From Promethearchaeota archaeon (GTDB lineage: Archaea > Asgardarchaeota > Hermodarchaeia > Hermodarchaeales > Hermodarchaeaceae): a stretch of 64,000 nucleotides of DNA. The stretch is taken from NCBI GenBank assembly GCA_048939245.1, contig JBHLPR010000004.1, forward strand, positions 1-64,000, written 5' to 3'. Below are positions 36,053-45,838 of the stretch, piece by piece; position 1 is the stretch's first letter; the number at the start of each line of letters is the position of its first letter. Below the pieces are notes generated by a model. It saw nothing but the letters and a program-made list of their open reading frames with translations. It was not told where the DNA came from and did not search any database. The position numbers and the translations under genes were made by a program.

Positions 36053-37345
36053 TTAAGTGTTTTCAGCCATTTCTGCTTCTTCACCAGCTTCGCCACGTCT
36101 GACAAAGAACATAGCGATCAAGGCGATGATAAGGAAGAAGATGGCATATGGCCAAAGCAGTAACCATTTGGTAGCCAGTGTGAATCCAAAGTGTAGCACA
36201 AGAATGTCAGCGAGCAGACCGAAGACAATGGGTCCGACTGCTGCTGCAAATTGGCTTGACACATAGTAAATACCAGTATAGGCGCCTTGTTTCTTCCGAC
36301 TCACTTCCCAGAGCATTACAATGCTATTGACATTTACGAAAGCCCAGAAGAAACCAGCCAGCCCTAGGCTCAGTAAGACCGTGATGAAGTCTTGCATAAA
36401 TGGGACGATAATGAGGGTTATAATCATGCCAATGAGCCCTACCATTATCGTTCGTCGACGACCAAACTTGACAGCAATTAAACCGCCTGGAACTGCGAAG
36501 ATCACGAAAACTAGCGCAAACAAAGTCATTGCTAGTGATGCAATATTTTCAGGCCAGAGAAGTGTGAACACACCATATGAAGTAAACCAGGTTTCAAGAG
36601 TGTTGAAAGCAATAAACCATGCAAAGATGGCAATGAGGATACTGAGAATGGAACGATTACTGACCGCTTCTCGTAGTGCTTGTCGCAGAGGTTGATCTAC
36701 CTTTTCTACTTCTTCAGGAATTTCAGGTTCACGAATCACCAGGACGAGGATAACTAATGCTAAAATCATGATGAGTGAAGTAACCCCGAAAGCAAGAATC
36801 GGGTTTATTTGATAGAGCATGGACCCAACCACGAAGGCAAATATTGAACCAACTCCACCCATGAGATTAATGATCCCATTCGCTGGACTTCGTTTTTCTG
36901 AGGGCGTAAAGTCAGGCATCATCGCGACAGTGGGAGCCCGGTAGATAGCCATGGAGATATCGAAGCCAAGGATGAGAATCACCAGCGATGCCAACCCAAA
37001 CATTCCAGTGACAGTGGCAGCAATTGGCAGTCCAATGAAGAATGCAGCAGCCAGTGGGATGCCTATGATGAGAAAAGGCATCCGTCGACCAAAGCGGTTC
37101 CAAGTCTTATCAGAACGACTACCCATAATGGGGTTCATGAGAATTGCTACGAGATTGTCAATGCCCATGAAGAACCCCGCCAGGGCAACCACAAAGGGAA
37201 AGGCAGGAATGGCACTTAGAATTGAGTTCTGAAGAAAGATTGGAATGTAGGAATTGAAAAGGGACCAGCTAATTGCGGTTGTGAAAAAACCGAGACCAAT
37301 TAGAAAGATGGTTAGCCAGCTAAACTTTCTTTTTTCGGTACTCAT
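36053..37345 (-). CDS. MFS transporter (GPH/SLC45-like sugar:cation symporter)
   Basis: GSRSDKTWNRFGRRMPF, RAPTVAMMPD, RSPANGIINLMG; 12 TM helices. Confidence 0.9.
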   Translation of the reverse strand: MSTEKRKFSWLTIFLIGLGFFTTAISWSLFNSYIPIFLQNSILSAIPAFPFVVALAGFFMGIDNLVAILMNPIMGSRSDKTWNRFGRRMPFLIIGIPLAAAFFIGLPIAATVTGMFGLASLVILILGFDISMAIYRAPTVAMMPDFTPSEKRSPANGIINLMGGVGSIFAFVVGSMLYQINPILAFGVTSLIMILALVILVLVIREPEIPEEVEKVDQPLRQALREAVSNRSILSILIAIFAWFIAFNTLETWFTSYGVFTLLWPENIASLAMTLFALVFVIFAVPGGLIAVKFGRRRTIMVGLIGMIITLIIVPFMQDFITVLLSLGLAGFFWAFVNVNSIVMLWEVSRKKQGAYTGIYYVSSQFAAAVGPIVFGLLADILVLHFGFTLATKWLLLWPYAIFFLIIALIAMFFVRRGEAGEEAEMAENT

Positions 37346-37504
37346 AGAATGACACACCTAATCTACTGAAGATGATTGGAGCGGCAGAGTATCACTGTTA
37401 GAGTACATTCACCACTTAAGTGTGACAGGTTGATGGAAAATAGAATGAATAACGTCAGGCAAAAAAGAAGAGCAGGGGAAATAGTGTGCAAGCAGGTCAG
37501 TTGG

Positions 37505-37687
37505 TTATAGTCGAATTGCCCGCCCACAGTGGCGGCAGCGTGCCTGTTTGTCTTTTGAAAGAAGCCAGTAGTAGAGCTTACTCTTGATGAGGTTGAGTTG
37601 TCCACAGGCAGGACATGTGACGGCTTTGTGTGTCGAGCGCTTGGTAGTAGTTGCTGCGCTGGACTCAATCGCTGTCGTTTTAATCAC
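37505..37687 (-). CDS. Small zinc-ribbon protein (CPACG...CRHCG)
   Basis: Two CxxCG knuckles, own TATA box (TTTAAATA) upstream and a U-tract downstream. Confidence 0.65.
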   Translation of the reverse strand: MIKTTAIESSAATTTKRSTHKAVTCPACGQLNLIKSKLYYWLLSKDKQARCRHCGRAIRL

Positions 37688-37738
37688 TTCCTAATTTATC
37701 CTCAATTCTACCGCACGAAAGATGCTATTTAAACCCTT

Positions 37739-37774
37739 GGATTTCGGAATATAGCGACAATATTCCCTAAATCC
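37739..37774. promoter_or_regulatory. Imperfect inverted repeat upstream of the zinc-ribbon gene promoter
   Basis: GGATTTcGGAATAT-N7-ATATTCCctAAATCC, adjacent to the TATA box. Confidence 0.45.
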
Positions 37775-37992
37775 CTTGAAATAGACATCAGACACTTAGT
37801 TAAGAGTTTTGAGCTGTTTAAGCTGATTTATAGGAGGATTAGGGGATTAAGGAATTCTAAAAGCTCATTTATATTAGCGGTAATACCCTAAGTGGTCCTT
37901 AATAACTGTGACAACTGACAACCGACGTGCTATTATACGGCATCAACAGGAATAACATCAACCCAACATGTTAGGTGGGAGAAAAGCCAATC

Positions 37993-38391
37993 ATGTCTCT
38001 AAGCGACAATCAATTAATCCAACGTGCGAAGGATGCTCAAACGCACGCATATGCTCCGTATTCAAAGTTTCGTGTCGGAGCTGCTTTACTTTCCGAGGAT
38101 GACCGAGTTTTTACCGGTTGCAATGTTGAGAACTCGACATTCGGTGCAACGATTTGCGCTGAACGGACAGCAGTTTTTACTGCTGTATGTCAGGGTGTTC
38201 GGAGATTTACAAAAATAGTTATTGTTTCCGATAGTGACGAACCTGTGATGCCCTGCGGGATTTGCCGCAGCGTTCTGTACGAATTCTCTCCCGACATAGA
38301 AGTCATTGCCGTGGGATCCTCGGGTAAAGTGGAAACAACTAATCTTTCTCAGCTCTATCCGAAAGGGTTTCATCTTACACCTAAAAAATAG
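37993..38391 (+). CDS. cdd: Cytidine deaminase (homotetrameric)
   Basis: AYAPYSKFRVGAA, GCNVEN, CAERTA, PCGICR. Confidence 0.96.
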   Translation: MSLSDNQLIQRAKDAQTHAYAPYSKFRVGAALLSEDDRVFTGCNVENSTFGATICAERTAVFTAVCQGVRRFTKIVIVSDSDEPVMPCGICRSVLYEFSPDIEVIAVGSSGKVETTNLSQLYPKGFHLTPKK

Positions 38392-38409
38392 TAGAATAAT
38401 ATTCCCAGT

Positions 38410-38769
38410 TTAGGCATTACGTGTCATGACTTGTCGGATGTATTTAAAAACTAATACAAGAAGCTCATAGTCCATTACCGGACCAAACGCAATGCGTTGG
38501 CTATCGTTGGGTTCCGCATAAAGGAAGACATTAGAATTCTTTTTGACGATAACACTGGCTTGATTGGCTTCAGCGTAAACATCCATACCTTGAAAGAATT
38601 GTTTTATATACCCGATGTCGAGGGGACGACTGATCTGTACGTTCGCATAACCTGATTCGGTACAATGTATTTTCATTTTACCGAGGAAGAGGGCATCATC
38701 GGTAACGGCGGGCTCAGCCTCTTGTAAAAGGGAGATGAGGGTTTGTTTGACTAGATCTTTCCTCGTCAT
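38410..38769 (-). CDS. Hypothetical protein
   Basis: 119-aa ORF filling the gap between cdd and the cupin gene; no recognised motif. Confidence 0.55.
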   Translation of the reverse strand: MTRKDLVKQTLISLLQEAEPAVTDDALFLGKMKIHCTESGYANVQISRPLDIGYIKQFFQGMDVYAEANQASVIVKKNSNVFLYAEPNDSQRIAFGPVMDYELLVLVFKYIRQVMTRNA

Positions 38770-38931
38770 CGTCTGTCCCGCCAGCTTATTCTAATCCAAA
38801 TGTATTTGTATGCGTGTGTTTGCAACCAATTAAGTGTTCTCGTAGCTCATCAGTCGGTTTTTAATACAATAGTATTATGCAGAGTCTCTGTAGAGTGCCT
38901 ATTTAAGTTTTCAACATTAGGTGAAAAGATT

Positions 38932-39273
38932 ATGATTGCTGGTCGATTTGATGAACGCCCACAACAAGAGGTCACGAAATATGGGTCAACAGGTACCACA
39001 GTTCGCTGGTTAATCAATCGAGATAATGGTGCCCGTACATTTGCTATGCGACGATTTATTGTACAACCTGGTGGCGAAATTCCTATTCACGAACATGAAG
39101 AGGATCATGAAATTTACATTCTCTCTGGTGAAGGTATAGCATTTACTCCAGATCAGGAAGCAACCCTTGAAGCCGATATGTTCCTTTATGTTCCCCCTAA
39201 AGAGAAGCATGGTTACCGGAATACTGGAAAGAATCCCTTGGTCTTCATTTGCTTGATTCCATTATTAGATTGA
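38932..39273 (+). CDS. Cupin domain protein
   Basis: FAMRRF..PGG..HEHEEDHEIYILSG, HGYRN, FICLIP. Start at 38932 after GGTGA. Confidence 0.9.
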   Translation: MIAGRFDERPQQEVTKYGSTGTTVRWLINRDNGARTFAMRRFIVQPGGEIPIHEHEEDHEIYILSGEGIAFTPDQEATLEADMFLYVPPKEKHGYRNTGKNPLVFICLIPLLD

Positions 39274-39290
39274 GCCTATATTGAAAAGTC

Positions 39291-40157
39291 CTATCTGACC
39301 TTTTTTCGATAGCGATTTCCAGTAGGAGTATTTGCAAGACCACCTTGTGCAGTTTCTCGAAGACTTTCGGGGAGGGCTTCACCAACTTCCCCCATAGCAT
39401 CAATCACTTCATCCACAGGAATTCGACTCTTTATGCCTGCAAGCGCAAGGTCTGCGGCAAGAATTGCTTGCATAAGCCCTCCAGCATTACGGAGAACGCA
39501 GGGAACTTCAACTAAGCCTGCAACGGGATCACAGACAAGCCCCAACATGTTACTCAGGCAGAGGGCTACTGCATGGCCAACCATGGTTGGGCTTCCCCTG
39601 GCGAGTTCGGTGAGGACACCTGCAGCCATAGCTGCCGCAACGCCACATTCCGCTTGACAACCTCCTTCCGCCCCAGATATGGAGGCATTAATTGAACAGA
39701 CGATTCCGATACCAGCGGCAGTAAACAGTGCCGTAATAATGGACTCTTCTTTCACTTGAAGTCGTTCTTGAGCTAGCATCAGGGCTGCAGGAACAATTCC
39801 ACAGCTTCCTGCTGTCGGACATGCCACAATACGTCCCATTGATGCATTGACTTCTGCCACACCTAAGGCTCGCGCAACAGCCCGGGTTACTGATGGGCTC
39901 AAATATTTGGATTCTCGTGAGAAAAAGAGCTTTCCATCACCCCCACTTAAGCCACTAACGGAATACACATCCTCAGTGACACCGCGCTCCATTGCCTGTT
40001 TCATAACCTCCCAAGAAATTACCATTTGTCCACGAATGGTATCAGGAGCCTCACCTTCTTGCTTTGCTTCCACAGCAAGGACAATTTCACCAATGGGCTT
40101 TTTCTCTCGCCCAGACATTTTGATAAGCTGTTTCATTGAATCATAGTACATTCTCAT
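39291..40157 (-). CDS. sdaAA: L-serine dehydratase (Fe-S) alpha subunit
   Basis: NASMGRIVACPTAGSCG, GAEGGCQAECG, GLVCDPVAGLVEVPC, RETAQGGLA. Confidence 0.96.
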   Translation of the reverse strand: MRMYYDSMKQLIKMSGREKKPIGEIVLAVEAKQEGEAPDTIRGQMVISWEVMKQAMERGVTEDVYSVSGLSGGDGKLFFSRESKYLSPSVTRAVARALGVAEVNASMGRIVACPTAGSCGIVPAALMLAQERLQVKEESIITALFTAAGIGIVCSINASISGAEGGCQAECGVAAAMAAGVLTELARGSPTMVGHAVALCLSNMLGLVCDPVAGLVEVPCVLRNAGGLMQAILAADLALAGIKSRIPVDEVIDAMGEVGEALPESLRETAQGGLANTPTGNRYRKKVR

Positions 40158-40170
40158 TCACCTAATCGGG

Positions 40171-40842
40171 TCAATAGATGGGAGGAATTAACCGCACAAT
40201 CTGTGCTTCATTTTCCAGTTCAGCCAGTGCTTCAGGTGGGAGTGGTTGATCCATTTCTACTGCCATAGCAGCAAGCCCCCCGCGGTGTTGCCGGCTAACA
40301 TGCATATTTGAGATATTGACTTTATTTTTCGCAATCACGGCAGTAGCCTTTGCTACAATGCCGGGTCGGTCGCTATGTATAGAAATCAGGGTATGATATT
40401 CTCCAGAGAGGGTAATTGGCAGCCTGTTAATCTCAACAATGCTGATATTACCCCCGCCCACAGAAATCGCAGTGATTTCAAAATGCGTTTTGCTGTCGCC
40501 TTCGATGAGAAGGCGAATTGTATTCGGATGGTAATCATCCCCCAAATCGACCTTTTGAAATTTAACAGCCATTCCCTTATCCTTAGCAAGTTCAAGTGAG
40601 GATTTAATTCGTTCATCAGCTGCATCAAAGCCCATTAATCCTGCAATCACTGCTTTGTCGGTTCCATGACCCTTTCCCGTTAAAGCATAGGAACCATGCA
40701 ATTGGATAATGGCTTTTTTTACCGGCTCTCCCAGAATAGCACGGCTTATTTGCCCTATTCGAACAGCTGCTGCGGTGTGAGAACTGGATGGCCCAATCAT
40801 TATGGGACCGATAACTTCGAAAACACTGTCAGCTTTGCCCAT
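40171..40842 (-). CDS. sdaAB: L-serine dehydratase (Fe-S) beta subunit with ACT domain
   Basis: IGPIMIGPSSSHTA, GHGTD, HPNT, DRPG. Confidence 0.96.
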   Translation of the reverse strand: MGKADSVFEVIGPIMIGPSSSHTAAAVRIGQISRAILGEPVKKAIIQLHGSYALTGKGHGTDKAVIAGLMGFDAADERIKSSLELAKDKGMAVKFQKVDLGDDYHPNTIRLLIEGDSKTHFEITAISVGGGNISIVEINRLPITLSGEYHTLISIHSDRPGIVAKATAVIAKNKVNISNMHVSRQHRGGLAAMAVEMDQPLPPEALAELENEAQIVRLIPPIY

Positions 40843-40919
40843 ATACTCCACCATCTATTGGTGGTTTCAGGCTTCTTCTTAAACGATTCGCCATACAGAT
40901 GAAAACTGATTCTAAGTCT

Positions 40920-40940
40920 ATGGATTTTGACAAAATCCAT
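40920..40940. repeat. 21-bp palindrome ATGGATTTTG-A-CAAAATCCAT
   Basis: Read directly. Confidence 0.9.
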
Positions 40941-41043
40941 TCGACTGATTGAAAACGCTGGATTTGAGCAGGTTCGAGTTGTAGAAAAATCCGCATCTGG
41001 TTACGTGGCTAGAGTAAGGGTGGAAGCGTGTAAACCCCCATAA
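40927..41043 (+). pseudogene. C-terminal remnant of an ArsM-like methyltransferase
   Basis: Reads ..IRLIENAGFEQVRVVEKSASGYVARVRVEACKPP*, matching the AGF..V.V...V.A.KP ending of arsenite methyltransferases. No upstream gene body is present. Confidence 0.5.
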
Positions 41044-41216
41044 TGGGCCCCGGATTTTTCGACTGTATTTTTTAATTAGAGTTTTCTTCCTAGTGAACTG
41101 CATTCAATTGCGCTTCTTTTCCATTCACTAGCATAATGAAGGCTACAAAGTAGATAAAATTTAAAATCAGGAAACCGACATCGAGTCCTTTCAAACTCCT
41201 GAAAAAACGATTTATC

Positions 41217-42047
41217 TTAGCCGATGATATGCGGTAAAGGTGTGATCATGAGGAAATACCAAATAAAGAAGCTAGTCAAGAAAAGACTTGTTAGGACGAT
41301 AAGCCAGTCCTTTTCGACAAAGTCAGGGAAGGCGAGGAATGTTCGATTCGGGGCATAGCCAAAGCCTCGCCCATCCATGGCTAGAGTGAGGGCATCAACA
41401 CGCCCCAATGCTGAAAATATGAGCGGCATGAAGGTATATTTAATTTGACGAAGGAATCCTCGAATAAGCCCTTGATCAACAGGAATCCCCCGTGCCCGTT
41501 GGGCAGATTGAACGGTATTTGATTCTTCGTCAAAAAGGGGAACTAATCGTAAGGCGAGGACGAGAGTATACGCATATCGGTAGGGAATTCTAAGTTGGGT
41601 CAAGGCAGCGGCGAAGCGACTGGGATCGGTGGTGGCGACGAATAAGGCGCTTGCTGAAACGATGTTTATGAGACGAAATGCCAGATTGATGGTATTGGCG
41701 AATCCTAGGATAGTTATTGGGAAAAAAGGACCGAAGCCAGGTGCAAGGGGTGGTATAAGATGGAAGAGAACTGTCCCATAGGGTGTGAAGAGAAGTTGGA
41801 CAAGTGCAATGAGAAGGATGAAGGTTAGGAGCCGTCGAAGTCGCCCAAAGGCGTAGCGTAGATTGATACCGGCACCAATGTAGCCGAGGAGAAGAAAACC
41901 AAAGATACACAGGGAAATAATGTCGGAGACCAAGGTTACTGTGAGAATCACAATTAGGATTAAGACTGCGAATTTTGTCAAAGGGTTTAAACGGTGAACA
42001 AAGGAGTTCCGTTGAAGGTAGCCAAAGGAGGAAGTGCGCATCATCAT
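41217..42047 (-). CDS. ecfT: ECF transporter T component
   Basis: HRLNPLTK, ALRLVP, AQRARG, AMDGRGF. Confidence 0.93.
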   Translation of the reverse strand: MMMRTSSFGYLQRNSFVHRLNPLTKFAVLILIVILTVTLVSDIISLCIFGFLLLGYIGAGINLRYAFGRLRRLLTFILLIALVQLLFTPYGTVLFHLIPPLAPGFGPFFPITILGFANTINLAFRLINIVSASALFVATTDPSRFAAALTQLRIPYRYAYTLVLALRLVPLFDEESNTVQSAQRARGIPVDQGLIRGFLRQIKYTFMPLIFSALGRVDALTLAMDGRGFGYAPNRTFLAFPDFVEKDWLIVLTSLFLTSFFIWYFLMITPLPHIIG

Positions 42048-43627
42048 TTTTCAGAACCACCCTCCGTATTCGTTGCTCTGTGTCTTGGTTTTGTTTGTTC
42101 GAGCGTGGCAGTATATTCTAGGCCTTGTTTGACAGGGGCATCGATGAGTAGTTGACCATCAAAGAGGAATAATAGCCGTTGACAGTATGTTTCAGCGATA
42201 GCTGTGTCATGGGTAGCAATCAAAATGGTCGTACCTTGTAGAGCTTCTTGTTGAAGAACCGTCATCAAGCGATGAACGTTGCGATAATCTTGTCCAATGA
42301 AGGGTTCATCCAAGAGGAGGAGTTGTGGGTTATGGAGCATAATGGAGGCGATGGTTAGGCGACGTTGTTCCCCTAAGCTTAGGGTATACGGTGACTGATC
42401 TTCGTAATCTAGAAGCTCAAAGATTTCTAGCAACTCCTTAGCTCGTTTTGATGCAGCTTGAGGCTCTGGAACCCCAAGATGTTTTGAAGCCAGAAGAACC
42501 TCTTCTTTTACAGTGGACGCAAAAAGTTGGTGAAGGGGATTTTGAAAAATGAAACCAATGTCGCGAGCTAGCTTCGAAACGGGTTGTTCATGGACATTTT
42601 GGTTTCTCAAATGAACTGTTCCCGAATCCGGTGTAAGAAGTCCCATGAGCTGAAATAAGAGGGTTGATTTTCCTGAGCCATTAGCTCCCATTAATGCGAC
42701 CATTTCTCCTGGACGAAAAGACAGGGTAAGATGTTGAAGCGCTGGTTGGGTAAGCGATTTCTCTTCCATTTGCGGATAAGTGAAGCTGAGATTTCGAATT
42801 TCTAAAAGGTTCTCTTCTGAGAGTTTCGTGGCTGATGACCTGTCTGAGTATGCGGATGGATGAAGAGCTACTCCCAAGTCCGTGAGTTTTTTGGATTGAG
42901 TTGAAAGCAGGTCTGAGGAGCCATCAAATGTAATCCAGCCTTTGTTCATAAGCAATATACGAGATGCAATTTTGAGAAAGGGTTGGATTCGATGTTCAAT
43001 GACAAGGATTGTGATGCCTTGTTGATGGAGTTTTTGCATGACCTTGATGAGTTCGCTTGTGGTTTGAAAATCAAGTCTGGCTATTGGTTCATCAAAGATA
43101 AGAATAGGTGGTTGGAGCGCTAAAAAGGAGGCGATGACGACCTTCTGTTTTTCACCTCCTGAGAGGGTGTGAGTATTACGGTTGTGAAGGTTTTCTGCAT
43201 TAATTGCATTTAATGCCCAGCCAATTTGAGTTGCTATTGTCTCAGGAGGGTGCTGGAAGTTTTCAAGGCCAAAGGCGATTTCATTTGATACTTTGAGGGT
43301 GACAAGTTGGCTGTCAGGATCTTGTTGTATAAGGCTAATAGATTGGGCTAGGTGGGGAATGGAGTTGGATTTGGTGTCTTGATTTGCGATGCTAACAGTT
43401 CCCTCGAATTGACCGGGGTATTCATTGGGGATGAAGCCCGTTAAACAGCGGGCAAATGTGCTTTTTCCACTTCCACTGGGTCCGGCAATAATGACGAATT
43501 CCCCTGCGAAGACGTCTAGATTGATTTCGTGGAGGGCTGGTAATTTATTGCCTTCGTAGGTGTATGTTAAATTAGAGATATGAATGAGGGGATCTTGTGA
43601 ATTGATTGGGTTATTAGGTGATGACAA
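42044..43627 (-). CDS. ECF transporter ATPase (fused A-A')
   Basis: GPSGSGKS/LSGGEKQ and GANGSGKS/LSLGEQR. Probable TTG start at 43627. Confidence 0.93.
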   Translation of the reverse strand: MSSPNNPINSQDPLIHISNLTYTYEGNKLPALHEINLDVFAGEFVIIAGPSGSGKSTFARCLTGFIPNEYPGQFEGTVSIANQDTKSNSIPHLAQSISLIQQDPDSQLVTLKVSNEIAFGLENFQHPPETIATQIGWALNAINAENLHNRNTHTLSGGEKQKVVIASFLALQPPILIFDEPIARLDFQTTSELIKVMQKLHQQGITILVIEHRIQPFLKIASRILLMNKGWITFDGSSDLLSTQSKKLTDLGVALHPSAYSDRSSATKLSEENLLEIRNLSFTYPQMEEKSLTQPALQHLTLSFRPGEMVALMGANGSGKSTLLFQLMGLLTPDSGTVHLRNQNVHEQPVSKLARDIGFIFQNPLHQLFASTVKEEVLLASKHLGVPEPQAASKRAKELLEIFELLDYEDQSPYTLSLGEQRRLTIASIMLHNPQLLLLDEPFIGQDYRNVHRLMTVLQQEALQGTTILIATHDTAIAETYCQRLLFLFDGQLLIDAPVKQGLEYTATLEQTKPRHRATNTEGGSEK

Positions 43628-44669
43628 GGCTGACGACCTTCTCCACCCAATACCATCCTGGGTAATTCTTCGCCACAAGCCTGAGTCCATCCTCGATTAT
43701 TAGGATAATTTCATTATCACTTAATACCTCTTCGAGGGAGAATATTGTACTATAGCCATCTGAAGCCACTACCTGAAGTGTGGTAGCAGATTCTAATGGT
43801 TGAGCATCAACAAGGATTATGGCTATTGGAACACCGGTGTAATTTTGTGCGGGAAGTTGTGTTACGGATCCAATGAGTTGAGCTTCGAAGGTAACCTCCT
43901 GATCCACATAGGTGGAGTATGAAAAACGAAATGGTTGTGCTACTTGACCAACAATTTCACAGCTGTGTGGATCAATAGTAGGTTGCCATACAAAGACCGT
44001 ATAAAGACTGGCACCGAAAGCAAGAATAATGAGAAAAATGAGGGCTGAAAGTCGATAAGGTCCTAGACGCCGCCAAATTGATCCTTTTGCTGTCACACGT
44101 GGACCATTAATTGCTGTGCGGTAGATACTGGATTCCAAGACGAGTTGCGTTGTTGTATATCCGAAATAGCCACTGAAAATAACGCCCGATGAAAAAGCTA
44201 GAATAACTAAGAGGGCGAGGAATATCAGAGGTGCCCCTGAAAAGAAGAATAATTGGAAAATAATAACATTAGATGCGGAAGCAAACCCTCCGATGATCGA
44301 CTGCAGCAGTAATGAATCTCGTTGCCCAATTGCGTAGAATCCGATGTCGATTATTAGCCCTTGAATAAGGCTGACTAAAACGACAATTATTCCATGGGTA
44401 CTTCCAGTGAAGAGCTCGACAAATCCTTTCAGCAGACCTGTGGCGGTTGCCGCCCCTGCTTTTCGGGTAAGCCCCAATGCTAAGACAAGCCAAAATACAT
44501 GGAGACCACTAAGAAACTGTCCAGCTCCGAAAGGGGTTCCGATGGCAGTATTCAAGAGAAGACCGAGATAACCAATAAAGGTGCTTAAAACCCCCCCGAG
44601 TGCACTTAATACCGCGATAGTAACTAAATCGCGAGTCCCAAAATAATAGGAAGGTTGGGAATCAGTCAT
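43614..44669 (-). CDS. ECF S component fused to a C-terminal molybdopterin-oxidoreductase-like domain
   Basis: TRDLVTIAVLSALGG, RKAGAA and QGLIID mark the S domain. An extra TM follows, then IVGQVAQP..YTGVP..VVASDGY..LRLV..YWVEKV. Confidence 0.8.
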   Translation of the reverse strand: MTDSQPSYYFGTRDLVTIAVLSALGGVLSTFIGYLGLLLNTAIGTPFGAGQFLSGLHVFWLVLALGLTRKAGAATATGLLKGFVELFTGSTHGIIVVLVSLIQGLIIDIGFYAIGQRDSLLLQSIIGGFASASNVIIFQLFFFSGAPLIFLALLVILAFSSGVIFSGYFGYTTTQLVLESSIYRTAINGPRVTAKGSIWRRLGPYRLSALIFLIILAFGASLYTVFVWQPTIDPHSCEIVGQVAQPFRFSYSTYVDQEVTFEAQLIGSVTQLPAQNYTGVPIAIILVDAQPLESATTLQVVASDGYSTIFSLEEVLSDNEIILIIEDGLRLVAKNYPGWYWVEKVVSLVIT

Positions 44670-44690
44670 GTGTTCACCTTACATGGTTAG

Positions 44691-45803
44691 CTACGGAGGA
44701 AAACTATCTCGAACAATTTCAATTATGGAGACATATTTTACCCACCGTGCACTCGCTGAACCGGAGAACCAAGATGGATGGGTGGTTTGACTAGCATCCG
44801 TATTGCTATAGCCTCCATCCGGTGCGAGAAAGACGAGCTGTGGACCATAATCCCAGGCAGGAACAATGTCCCCGTTGTAACTATAAGCAAATATTAGATC
44901 GCCTTGAATCGCTTTTATCGAGCTGTTTGGATAAAGGTTGTAATAGGCAAATAATTGATAGTAACCGTCGTTTGCAGTCACATTGACAAAATCATTATCA
45001 TCGATTATTGTTACTAGTTCAAGAATGGCGGAAAACGGAACACCGATATAAGTGCCATTACCTCCCCAGCTCCCAGTATATTTTTGGTAAGCAGAATAGC
45101 CTTCAAGACTATCCATCAACGCAAGATCCACCAGATACACCTTGTACTCCTCATCACCATCGATTATCGTAAAGTGTAAAGATCCACCAACGTAGACATC
45201 TTGGAGTATTTCGATGGATGCCACGTTGGAAACCCAACGCGCCCCCGCACTCCCCGAGAACCAAGCAGGATGGGTCGTCTGAGCGGCATCATCATTACTA
45301 TACGCTCCGTCATCGGGGAGAAATGCAATTCGGGGCCCATCCTCCCAATCTGTTGGCGTGGTGCTGTTATACGAATATGCTAAAATCAAATCACCTTGCA
45401 CCGGCGCAAAGGACGCATTCGGATACAGGTTATAATAAGCAAAATATTGGATATAACCATCCGTGGCATTTACTCGAATTACATCATTCGTGTCTATTCC
45501 ACCAACAAGTTCAACGATAGAAGATATTGTTACTCCAACATAGGTTCCACTGCCTTGCCAATTCTCAAATCGATTCTGATAAGAGGAATCACCTTCTGTG
45601 GGTGTTAGGGTGAGTAGTGTTGAATAATTGAGGTTGATTATGGTATCTCCATTGATAACTTGAACATCGACATCAGCTGCAGGCGGTTGGAAGGAGGGGG
45701 GAGAAGTCAGAATTCTAATTCCAACGATAGCGCCAGCCGCTACAACGATTGCAACAAGAACAATTACTACACCATATTTGAGATTTTGGTGAGATTCTGT
45801 CAT
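44691..45803 (-). CDS. Membrane-anchored surface protein with two tandem molybdopterin-oxidoreductase-like domains
   Basis: N-terminal TM; two repeats of GTY.GV...A.DGY...LI.AYSYN...GP...ARWV..V..IEI; many NxS/T sequons. Confidence 0.75.
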   Translation of the reverse strand: MTESHQNLKYGVVIVLVAIVVAAGAIVGIRILTSPPSFQPPAADVDVQVINGDTIINLNYSTLLTLTPTEGDSSYQNRFENWQGSGTYVGVTISSIVELVGGIDTNDVIRVNATDGYIQYFAYYNLYPNASFAPVQGDLILAYSYNSTTPTDWEDGPRIAFLPDDGAYSNDDAAQTTHPAWFSGSAGARWVSNVASIEILQDVYVGGSLHFTIIDGDEEYKVYLVDLALMDSLEGYSAYQKYTGSWGGNGTYIGVPFSAILELVTIIDDNDFVNVTANDGYYQLFAYYNLYPNSSIKAIQGDLIFAYSYNGDIVPAWDYGPQLVFLAPDGGYSNTDASQTTHPSWFSGSASARWVKYVSIIEIVRDSFPP

Positions 45804-45838
45804 GGTTGAAGACCTTCATCGCTTTAAGAAATTGTTAA

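Noticed and set aside
40918-41103. 61-aa basic minus-strand ORF as a ribosomal protein (L39e-like)
   Set aside because: Only the Lys/Arg richness is similar; the opposite strand is better explained as a methyltransferase relic.
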